From assembly GCF_009914755.1 (NCBI RefSeq), contig NC_060931.1: a stretch of 64,000 nucleotides of DNA; one strand, given 5' to 3'. Below are positions 53,396-64,000 of this stretch, in pieces. Below the pieces are notes generated by a model. It searched no databases. It saw only the letters and a program-made list of their open reading frames with translations, and had not been told where the DNA came from. A program made the translations under genes and the position numbers. Position 1 is the first letter of the stretch. The number at the start of each line of letters is the position of its first letter. Origin of the DNA: the human T2T-CHM13v2.0 reference genome, Homo sapiens.

Positions 53396-56300
53396 GAAAC
53401 TAGACAGAATCATTCTCAGAAACTACTTTGTGATGTGTGCCTTCAACTCACAGAGTTTAACCTTTCTTTTCTTAGAGCAGTTTAGAAACACTCTGCTTGT
53501 TACGTCTGCAAGTGGATATTTGGACCTCTTTGAGGCCTTCGTTGCAAACGGGGTTTCTTCCTTTCATGCTAGACTAAGAAGAGTTCTCAGTAACTTTTTT
53601 GTGTTGTGTGTATTCAACTCACAGAGTTGAACCTTGCTTTAGAGAGAGCAGATTTGAAACACTCTTGCTGTGGCATTTTCAGGTGGAGATTTCAAGCGAT
53701 TTGAGGACAATTGCAGAAAAGGAAATATCTTCGTATAATAACCAGACAGAATCATTCTCAGAAAGTGCTTTGTGATGTGTGCGTTCAACTCACAGAGTTT
53801 AACCTTTCTTTTCATAGAGGAGTTTGGAAACACACTGTTTGTAAAGTCTGCAAGTGGATATATGGACCTGTTTGAGGCCTTCGTTGGAAACGGGATTTCT
53901 TCATTGAATGCTAGACGGAAGAATTCTCAGTAAATTCTTTGTGTTGTGTGCATTCAACTCACAGAGTGGAACGTCCCTTTAGACAGAGCAGATTTGAAAC
54001 ACTCTTTTTGCGGAATTTGCAAGTGGAGATTTCTAGCCATTTGATGCCAACAGTAGAAAGGGAAATATCTTCAAATAAAAACCAGACAGAATCATTCTCA
54101 GAAAATTCTTTGTGATGTGTGCGTTCAACTCACATAGTTTAACCTTTCTTTTCATAGAGCAGTTTGGAAACACTCTGTTTGTAAAGTCTGCAAGTGGATA
54201 TATGGACCGCATTGAGGACTTCGTTGGAAACGGGATTTCTTCATTTCATGCTAGACAGAAGAATTCTCAGTAACTTCTTTGTGCTGTGTGTATTCAACTC
54301 ACAGAGTGGAACGTCCCTTTGCACAGAGCAGATTTGAAACACTCTTTTTGTGGAGTTTGCAAGTGGAGATTTCAAGCAATTTGATGCCAACAGTAGAAAA
54401 GGAAATATCTTCAAATAAAAACTAGACAGAATCATTCTCAGAAACTACTTTGTGATGTGTGCCTTCAACTCACAGAGTTTAACCTTTCTTTTCTCAGAGC
54501 AGTTTAGAAACACTCTGCTTGTTATGTCTGCAAGTGGATATTTGGACCTCTTTGAGGCCTTCGTTGCAAACGGGGTTTCTTCCTTTCATGCTAGACTAAG
54601 AAGAGTTCTCAGTAACTTTTTTGTGTTGTGTGTATTCAACTCACAGAGTTGAACCTTGCTTTAGAGAGAGCAGATTTGAAACACTCTTGCTGTGGCATTT
54701 TCAGCTGGAGATTTCAAGCGACTTGAGGACAATTGCAGAAAAGGAAATATCTTCGTATAATAACCAGACAGAATCATTCTCAGAAAGTGCTTTGTGATGT
54801 GTGCATTCAACTCACAGAGTTTAACCTTTCTTTTCATAGAGGAGTTTGGAAACACACTGTTTGTAAAGACTGCAAGTGGATATATGGACCTGTTTGAGGC
54901 CTTCGTTGGAAACGGGATTTCTTCATTGAATGCTAGACGGAAGAATTCTCAGTAAATTCTTTGTGTTGTGTGCATTCAACTCACAGAGTGGAACGTCCCT
55001 TTAGACAGAGCAGATTTGAAACACTCTTTTTGCGGAATTTGCAAGTGGAGATTTCTAGCCATTTGATGCCAACAGTAGAAAGGGAAATATCTTCAAATAA
55101 AAACCAGACAGAATCATTCTCAGAAAATTCTTTGTGATGTGTGCGTTCAACTCACATAGTTTAACCTTTCTTTTCATAGAGCAGTTTGGAAACACTCTGT
55201 TTGTAAAGTCTGCAAGTGGATATATGGACCGCATTGAGGCCTTCGTTGGAAACGGGATTTCTTCATTTCATGCTAGACAGAAGAATTCTCAGTAACTTCT
55301 TTGTGCTGTGTGTATTCACCTCACAGAGTGGAACGTCCCTTTGCACAGAGCAGATTTGAAACACTCTTTTTGTGGAGTTTGCAAGTGGAGATTTCAAGCG
55401 ATTTGATGCCAACAGTAGAAAAGGAAATATCTTCAAATAAAAACTAGACAGAATCATTCTCAGAAACTACTTTGTGATGTGTGCCTTCAACTCACAGAGT
55501 TCAACCTTTCTTTTCTTAGAGCAGTTTAGAAACACTCTGCTTGTTATGTCTGCAAGTGGATATTTGGACCTCTTTGAGGCCTTCGTTGCAAACGGGGTTT
55601 CTTCCTTTCATGCTAGACTAAGAAGAGTTCTCAGTAACTTTTTTGTGTTGTGTGTATTCAACTCACAGAGTTGAACCTTGCTTTAGAGAGAGCAGATTTG
55701 AAACACTCTTGCTGTGGCATTTTCAGGTGGAGATTTCAAGCGATTTGAGGACAATTGCAGAAAAGGAAATATCTTCGTATAATAACCAGACAGAATCATT
55801 CTCAGAAAGTGCTTTGTGATGTGTGCGTTCAACTCACAGAGTTTAACCTTTCTTTTCATAGAGGAGTTTGGAAACACACTGTTTGTAAAGTCTGCAAGTG
55901 GATACATGGACCTGTTTGAGGCCTTCGTTGGAAACGGGATTTCTTCATTGAATGCTAGACGGAAGAATTCTCAGTAAATTCTTTGTGTTGTGTGCATTCA
56001 ACTCACAGAGTGGAACGTCCCTTTAGACAGAGCAGATTTGAAACACTCTTTTTGCGGAATTTGCAAGTGGAGATTTCTAGCCATTTGATGCCAACAGTAG
56101 AAAGGGAAATATCTTCAAATAAAAACCAGACAGAATCATTCTCAGAAAATTCTTTGTGATGTGTGCGTTCAACTCACATAGTTTAACCTTTCTTTTCATA
56201 GAGCAGTTTGGAAACACTCTGTTTGTAAAGTCTGCAAGTGGATATATGGACCGCATTGAGGCCTTCGTTGGAAACGGGATTTCTTCATTTCATGCTAGAC

Positions 56301-56523
56301 AGAAGAATTATCAGTAACTTCTTTGTGCTGTGTGTATTCAACTCACAGAGTGGAACGTCCCTTTGCACAGAGCAGATTTGAAACACTCTTTTTGTGGAGT
56401 TTGCAAGTGGAGATTTCAAGCGATTTGATGCCAACAGTAGAAAAGGAAATATCTTCAAATAAAAACTAGACAGAATCATTCTCAGAAACTACTTTGTGAT
56501 GTGTGCCTTCAACTCACAGAGTT
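53396..56523 (+). repeat. Dispersed ~3-HOR duplicated block B, copy 2
   Basis: Same variants, e.g. 53396, 53503, 56310. The ORF track shows the same translated changes (VTSA, SNCL, FSEQ, SSSRL, CEVN, LLII). Confidence 0.9.
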
Positions 56524-57838
56524 CAACCTTTCTTTTCTTAGAGCAGTTTAGAAACACTCTGCTTGTTATGTCTGCAAGTGGATATTTGGACCTCTTTGAG
56601 GCCTTCGTTGCAAACGGGGTTTCTTCCTTTCATGCTAGACTAAGAAGAGTTCTCAGTAACTTTTTTGTGTTGTGTGTATTCAACTCACTGAGTTGAACCT
56701 TGCTTTAGAGAGAGCAGATTTGAAACACTCTTGCTGTGGCATTTTCAGGTGGAGATTTCAAGCGATTTGAGGACAATTGCAGAAAAGGAAATATCTTCGT
56801 ATAATAACCAGACAGAATCATTCTCAGAAAGTGCTTTGTGATGTGTGCGTTCAACTCACAGAGTTTAACCTTTCTTTTCATAGAGGAGTTTGGAAACACA
56901 CTGTTTGTAAAGTCTGCAAGTGGATACATGGACCTGTTTGAGGCCTTCGTTGGAAACGGGATTTCTTCATTGAATGCTAGACGGAAGAATTCTCAGTAAA
57001 TTCTTTGTGTTGTGTGCATTCAACTCACAGAGTGGAACGTCCCTTTAGACAGAGCAGATTTGAAACACTCTTTTTGCGGAATTTGCAAGTGGAGATTTCT
57101 AGCCATTTGATGCCAACAGTAGAAAGGGAAATATCTTCAAATAAAAACCAGACAGAATCATTCTCAGAAAATTCTTTGTGATGTGTGCGTTCAACTCACA
57201 TAGTTTAACCTTTCTTTTCATAGAGCAGTTTGGAAACACTCTGTTTGTAAAGTCTGCAAGTGGATATATGGACCGCATTGAGGCCTTCGTGGGAAACGGG
57301 ATTTCTTCATTTCATGCTAGACAGAAGAATTCTCAGTAACTTCTTTGTGCTGTGTGTATTCAACTCACAGAGTGGAACGTCCCTTTGCACAGAGCAGATT
57401 TGAAACACTCTTTTTGCGGAATTTGCAAGTGGAGATTTCTAGCCATTTGATGCCAACAGTAGAAAGGGAAATATCTTCAAATAAAAACCAGACAGAATCA
57501 TTCTCAGAAAATTCTTTGTGATGTGTGCGTTCAACTCACATAGTTTAACCTTTCTTTTCATAGAGCAGTTTGGAAACACTCTGTTTGTAAAGTCTGCAAG
57601 TGGATATATGGACCGCATTGAGGCCTTCGTTGGAAACGGGATTTCTTCATTTCATGCTAGACAGAAGAATTCTCAGTAACTTCTTTGTGCTGTGTGTATT
57701 CAACTCACAGAGTGGAACGTCCCTTTGCACAGAGCAGATTTGAAACACTCTTTTTGTGGAGTTTGCAAGTGGAGATTTCAAGCGATTTGATGCCAACAGT
57801 AGAAAAGGAAATATCTTCAAATAAAAACTACACAGAAT
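56477..57838 (+). repeat. 8-mer HOR structural variant (1,362 bp): M1-M2-M3-M4-M5-[M6/M4 hybrid]-M5-M6
   Basis: ORF spacing 56496->57858 is 1,362. The monomer at 57328 is M6-like through ccctttgcac, then M4-like from tttttgcggaattt; crossover lies in 57389-57416. Confidence 0.95.
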
Positions 57839-58520
57839 CATTCTCAGAAACTACTTTGTGATGTGTGCCTTCAACTCACAGAGTTCAATCTTTCTTTTCT
57901 TAGAGCAGTTTAGAAACACTCTGCTTGTTATGTCTGCAAGTGGATATTTGGACCTCTTTGAGGCCTTCGTTGCAAACGGGGTTTCTTCCTTTCATGCTAG
58001 ACTAAGAAGAGTTCTCAGTAACTTTTTTGTGTTGTGTGTATTCAACTCACAGAGTTGAACCTTGCTTTAGAGAGAGCAGATTTGAAACACTCTTGCTGTG
58101 GCATTTTCAGGTGGAGATTTCAAGCGATTTGAGGACAATTGCAGAAAAGGAAATATCTTCGTATAATAACCAGACAGAATCATTCTCAGAAAGTGCTTTG
58201 TGATGTGTGCGTTCAACTCACAGAGTTTAACCTTTCTTTTCATAGAGGAGTTTGGAAACACACTGTTTGTAAAGTCTGCAAGTGGATACATGGACCTGTT
58301 TGAGGCCTTCGTTGGAAACGGGATTTCTTCATTGAATGCTAGACGGAAGAATTCTCAGTAAATTCTTTGTGTTGTGTGCATTCAACTCACAGAGTGGAAC
58401 GTCCCTTTAGACAGAGCAGATTTGAAACACTCTTTTTGCGGAATTTGCAAGTGGAGATTTCTAGCCATTTGATGCCAACAGTAGAAAGGGAAATATCTTC
58501 AAATAAAAACTAGACAGAAT
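57839..58520 (+). repeat. 4-mer HOR structural variant (682 bp) with the same M5/M1 junction as the other two
   Basis: ORF spacing 57858->58540 is 682; junction aaaactagacagaatcattctcagaaaattctttgtgatgtgtgccttc. Confidence 0.95.
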
Positions 58521-61500
58521 CATTCTCAGAAAATTCTTTGTGATGTGTGCCTTCAACTCACAGAGTTTAACCTTTCTTTTCTTAGAGCAGTTTAGAAACA
58601 CTCTGCTTGTTATGTCTGCAAGTGGATATTTGGACCTCTTTGAGGCCTTCGTTGCAAACGGGGTTTCTTCCTTTCATGCTAGACTAAGAAGAGTTCTCAG
58701 TAACTTTTTTGTGTTGTGTGTATTCAACTCACAGAGTTGAACCTTGCTTTAGAGAGAGCAGATTTGAAACACTCTTGCTGTGGCATTTTCAGGTGGAGAT
58801 TTCAAGCGATTTGAGGACAATTGCAGAAAAGGAAATATCTTCGTATAATAACCAGACAGAATCATTCTCAGAAAGTGCTTTGTGATGTGTGCGTTCAACT
58901 CACAGAGTTTAACCTTTCTTTTCATAGAGGAGTTTGGAAACACACTGTTTGTAAAGACTGCAAGTGGATATATGGACCTGTTTGAGGCCTTCGTTGGAAA
59001 CGGGATTTCTTCATTGAATGCTAGACGGAAGAATTCTCAGTAAATTCTTTGTGTTGTGTGCATTCAACTCACAGAGTGGAACGTCCCTTTAGACACAGCA
59101 GATTTGAAACACTCTTTTTGCGGAATTTGCAAGTGGAGATTTCTAGCCATTTGATGCCAACAGTAGAAAGGGAAATATCTTCAAATAAAAACCAGACAGA
59201 ATCATTCTCAGAAAATTCTTTGTGATGTGTGCGTTCAACTCACATAGTTTAACCTTTCTTTTCATAGAGCAGTTTGGAAACACTCTGTTTGTAAAGTCTG
59301 CAAGTGGATATATGGACCGCATTGAGGCCTTCGTTGGAAACGGGATTTCTTCATTTCATGCTAGACAGAAGAATTCTCAGTAACTTCTTTGTGCTGTGTG
59401 TATTCAACTCACAGAGTGGAACGTCCCTTTGCACAGAGCAGATTTGAAACACTCTTTTTGTGGAGTTTGCAAGTGGAGATTTCAAGCGATTTGATGCCAA
59501 CAGTAGAAAAGGAAATATCTTCAAATAAAAACTAGACAGAATCATTCTCAGAAACTACTTTGTGATGTGTGCCTTCAACTCACAGAGTTCAACCTTTCTT
59601 TTCTTAGAGCAGTTTAGAAACACTCTGCTTGTTATGTCTGCAAGTGGATATTTGGACCTCTTTGAGGCCTTCGTTGCAAACGGGGTTTCTTCCTTTCATG
59701 CTAGACTAAGAAGAGTTCTCAGTAACTTTTTTGTGTTGTGTGTATTCAACTCACAGAGTTGAACCTTGCTTTAGAGAGAGCAGATTTGAAACACTCTTGC
59801 TGTGGCATTTTCAGGTGGAGATTTCAAGCGATTTGAGGACAATGCAGAAAAGGAAATATCTTCGTATAATAACCAGACAGAATCATTCTCAGAAAGTGCT
59901 TTGTGATGTGTGCGTTCAACTCACAGAGTTTAACCTTTCTTTTCATAGAGGAGTTTGGAAACACACTGTTTGTAAAGTCTGCAAGTGGATACATGGACCT
60001 GTTTGAGGCCTTCGTTGGAAACGGGATTTCTTCATTGAATGCTAGACGGAAGAATTCTCAGTAAATTCTTTGTGTTGTGTGCATTCAACTCACAGAGTGG
60101 AACGTCCCTTTAGACAGAGCAGATTTGAAACACTCTTTTTGCGGAATTTGCAAGTGGAGATTTCTAGCCATTTGATGCCAACAGTAGAAAGGGAAATATC
60201 TTCAAATAAAAACCAGACAGAATCATTCTCAGAAAATTCTTTGTGATGTGTGCGTTCAACTCACATAGTTTAACCTTTCTTTTCATAGAGCAGTTTGGAA
60301 ACACTCTGTTTGTAAAGTCTGCAAGTGGATATATGGACCGCATTGAGGCCTTCGTTGGAAACGGGATTTCTTCATTTCATGCTAGACAGAAGAATTCTCA
60401 GTAACTTCTTTGTGCTGTGTGTATTCAACTCACAGAGTGGAACGTCCCTTTGCACAGAGCAGATTTGAAACACTCTTTTTGTGGAGTTTGCAAGTGGAGA
60501 TTTCAAGCGATTTGATGCCAACAGTAGAAAAGGAAATATCTTCAAATAAAAACTAGACAGAATCATTCTCAGAAACTACTTTGTGATGTGTGCCTTCAAC
60601 TCACAGAGTTTAACCTTTCTTTTCTTAGAGCAGTTTAGAAACACTCTGCTTGTTATGTCTGCAAGTGGATATTTGGACCTCTTTGAGGCCTTCGTTGCAA
60701 ACGGGGTTTCTTCATTTCATGCTAGACTAAGAAGAGTTCTCAGTAACTTTTTTGTGTTGTGTGTATTCAACTCACAGAGTTGAACCTTGCTTTAGAGAGA
60801 GCAGATTTGAAACACTCTTGCTGTGGCATTTTCAGGTGGAGATTTCAAGCGATTTGAGGACAATTGCAGAAAAGGAAATATCTTCGTATAATAACCAGAC
60901 AGAATCATTCTCAGAAAGTGCTTTGTGATGTGTGCGTTCAACTCACAGAGTTTAACCTTTCTTTTCATAGAGGAGTTTGGAAACACACTGTTTGTAAAGT
61001 CTGCAAGTGGATATATGGACCTGTTTGAGGCCTTCGTTGGAAACGGGATTTCTTCATTGAATGCTAGACGGAAGAATTCTCAGTAAATTCTTTGTGTTGT
61101 GTGCATTCAACTCACAGAGTGGAACGTCCCTTTAGACAGAGCAGATTTGAAACACTCTTTTTGCGGAATTTGCAAGTGGAGATTTCTAGCCATTTGATGC
61201 CAACAGTAGAAAGGGAAATATCTTCAAATAAAAACCAGACAGAATCATTCTCAGAAAATTCTTTGTGATGTGTGCGTTCAACTCACATAGTTTAACCTTT
61301 CTTTTCATAGAGCAGTTTGGAAACACTCTGTTTGTAAAGTCTGCAAGTGGATATATGGACCGCATTGAGGCCTTCGTTGGAAACGGGATTTCTTCATTTC
61401 ATGCTAGACAGAAGAATTCTCAGTAACTTCTTTGTGCCGTGTGTATTCAACTCACAGAGTGGAACGTCCCTTTGCACAGAGCAGATTTGAAACACTCTTT

Positions 61501-64000
61501 TTGTGGAGTTTGCAAGTGGAGATTTCAAGCGATTTGATGCCAACAGTAGAAAAGGAAATATCTTCAAATAAAAACTAGACAGAATCATTCTCAGAAACTA
61601 CTTTGTGATGTGTGCCTTCAACTCACAGAGTTCAACCTTTCTTTTCTTAGAGCAGTTTAGAAACACTCTGCTTGTTATGTCTGCAAGTGGATATTTGGAC
61701 CTCTTTGAGGCCTTCGTTGCAAACGGGGTTTCTTCCTTTCATGCTAGACTAAGAAGAGTTCTCAGTAACTTTTTTGTGTTGTGTGTATTCAACTCACAGA
61801 GTTGAACCTTGCTTTAGAGAGAGCAGATTTGAAACACTCTTGCTGTGGCATTTTCAGGTGGAGATTTCAAGCGATTTGAGGACAATTGCAGAAAAGGAAA
61901 TATCTTCGTATAATAACCAGACAGAATCATTCTCAGAAAGTGCTTTGTGATGTGTGCGTTCAACTCACAGAGTTTAACCTTTCTTTTCATAGAGGAGTTT
62001 GGAAACACACTGTTTGTAAAGTCTGCAAGTGGATACATGGACCTGTTTGAGGCCTTCGTTGGAAACGGGATTTCTTCATTGAATGCTAGACGGAAGAATT
62101 CTCAGTAAATTCTTTGTGTTGTGTGCATTCAACTCACAGAGTGGAACGTCCCTTTAGACAGAGCAGATTTGAAACACTCTTTTTGCGGAATTTGCAAGTG
62201 GAGATTTCTAGCCATTTGATGCCAACAGTAGAAAGGGAAATATCTTCAAATAAAAACCAGACAGAATCATTCTCAGAAAATTCTTTGTGATGTGTGCGTT
62301 CAACTCACATAGTTTAACCTTTCTTTTCATAGAGCAGTTTGGAAACACTCTGTTTGTAAAGTCTGCAAGTGGATATATGGACCGCATTGAGGCCTTCGTT
62401 GGAAACGGGATTTCTTCATTTCATGCTAGACAGAAGAATTCTCAGTAACTTCTTTGTGCTGTGTGTATTCAACTCACAGAGTGGAACGTCCCTTTGCACA
62501 GAGCAGATTTGAAACACTCTTTTTGTGGAGTTTGCAAGTGGAGATTTCAAGCGATTTGATGCCAACAGTAGAAAAGGAAATATCTTCAAATAAAAACTAG
62601 ACAGAATCATTCTCAGAAACTACTTTGTGATGTGTGCCTTCAACTCACAGAGTTCAACCTTTCTTTTCTTAGAGCAGTTTAGAAACACTCTGCTTGTTAT
62701 GTCTGCAAGTGGATATTTGGACCTCTTTGAGGCCTTCGTTGCAAACGGGGTTTCTTCCTTTCATGCTAGACTAAGAAGAGTTCTCAGTAACTTTTTTGTG
62801 TTGTGTGTATTCAACTCACAGAGTTGAACCTTGCTTTAGAGAGAGCAGATTTGAAACACTCTTGCTGTGGCATTTTCAGGTGGAGATTTCAAGCGATTTG
62901 AGGACAATTGCAGAAAAGGAAATATCTTCGTATAATAACCAGACAGAATCATTCTCAGAAAGTGCTTTGTGATGTGTGCGTTCAACTCACAGAGTTTAAC
63001 CTTTCTTTTCATAGAGGAGTTTGGAAACACACTGTTTGTAAAGTCTGCAAGTGGATACATGGACCTGTTTGAGGCCTTCGTTGGAAACGGGATTTCTTCA
63101 TTGAATGCTAGACGGAAGAATTCTCAGTAAATTCTTTGTGTTGTGTGCATTCAACTCACAGAGTGGAACGTCCCTTTAGACAGAGCAGATTTGAAACACT
63201 CTTTTTGCGGAATTTGCAAGTGGAGATTTCTAGCCATTTGATGCCAACAGTAGAAAGGGAAATATCTTCAAATAAAAACCAGACAGAATCATTCTCAGAA
63301 AATTCTTTGTGATGTGTGCGTTCAACTCACATAGTTTAACCTTTCTTTTCATAGAGCAGTTTGGAAACACTCTGTTTGTAAAGTCTGCAAGTGGATATAT
63401 GGACCGCATTGAGGCCTTCGTTGGAAACGGGATTTCTTCATTTCATGCTAGACAGAAGAATTCTCAGTAACTTCTTTGTGCCGTGTGTATTCAACTCACA
63501 GAGTGGAACGTCCCTTTGCACAGAGCAGATTTGAAACACTCTTTTTGTGGAGTTTGCAAGTGGAGATTTCAAGCGATTTGATGCCAACAGTAGAAAAGGA
63601 AATATCTTCAAATAAAAACTAGACAGAATCATTCTCAGAAACTACTTTGTGATGTGTGCCTTCAACTCACAGAGTTCAACCTTTCTTTTCTTAGAGCAGT
63701 TTAGAAACACTCTGTTTGTTATGTCTGCAAGTGGATATTTGGACCTCTTTGAGGCCTTCGTTGCAAACGGGGTTTCTTCCTTTCATGCTAGACTAAGAAG
63801 AGTTCTCAGTAACTTTTTTGTGTTGTGTGTATTCAACTCACAGAGTTGAACCTTGCTTTAGAGAGAGCAGATTTGAAACACTCTTGCTGTGGCATTTTCA
63901 GGTGGAGATTTCAAGCGATTTGAGGACAATTGCAGAAAAGGAAATATCTTCGTATAATAACCAGACAGAATCATTCTCAGAAAGTGCTTTGTGATGTGTG

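Larger units (their letters stand above)
1..64000 (+). repeat. D7Z1: Alpha-satellite higher-order repeat array, SF1 dimeric type, 6-monomer 1,022-bp HOR; most likely human chr7 active centromeric array D7Z1
   Basis: ~171-bp monomers with alphoid hallmarks (cattctcagaaa, ttcaactcacagag, tttgaaacactct) run continuously. The same ORFs recur every 1,022 bp. CENP-B boxes sit in alternate monomers and copies differ by only a few substitutions. Alpha satellite is certain; the D7Z1 call rests on recalled sequence, 6-mer length and EcoRI spacing. Confidence 0.93.

Noticed and set aside
59731-60006. Unique 91-aa ORF
   Set aside because: It is created by a 1-bp deletion near 59843 (gacaatgcag vs gacaattgcag) that fuses satellite frames, and may be a sequencing error.
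155-63849. About 190 short ORFs of 64-74 aa on both strands
   Set aside because: They are three chance reading frames of the satellite repeated once per HOR. Many start at GTG, and there is no recognisable domain or gene structure.
1-64000. CRISPR-like or prokaryotic repeat system
   Set aside because: There are no unique spacers and no cas or other genes; every base belongs to an alphoid monomer.
1-64000. Embedded L1/Alu insertion, inversion or foreign sequence
   Set aside because: Unit lengths account for all bases (58x1,022-3 + 3x682 + 1,362 = 62,681 for 949-63629), and ORF strand pattern and box orientation never flip.
1-64000. Assignment to the chr1/5/19 SF1 array (D1Z7/D5Z2/D19Z3)
   Set aside because: That family also has dimer/6-mer structure, but motifs here (gatgccaacagtag, gaccgcattgagg, ttgcaaacgggg) match my recollection of D7Z1 instead. 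An alignment to HOR consensus models would settle it.

Overview
The whole 64 kb is one uninterrupted, head-to-tail array of primate centromeric alpha-satellite DNA. I see no genes, transposon insertions or inversions. The repeat is a 1,022-bp higher-order repeat (HOR) of six monomers (171+171+169+171+169+171 bp, called M1-M6 here) arranged as three dimers, with a CENP-B box in every second monomer (suprachromosomal family 1 layout). The sequence, 6-mer size and 340/682-bp EcoRI spacing fit the active human chromosome 7 array D7Z1; this is recognised from memory, not searched. Positions 949-63629 hold 62 complete units: 58 6-mers (two with 1-2 bp deletions), three 4-mers (682 bp) and one 8-mer (1,362 bp). 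All listed ORFs are repeat artefacts, but they are a useful readout of variants. The interesting signal is the array's history: nested multi-HOR duplications (periods 14,990/13,968, 4,088, 6,132 and 10,218 bp), an 8-mer next to a 4-mer that restores phase, recombinant variant haplotypes, apparent out-of-register conversion, and no observed loss of CENP-B box core bases. I found no new protein-based system. Variant positions were read by eye, so some may be missed.
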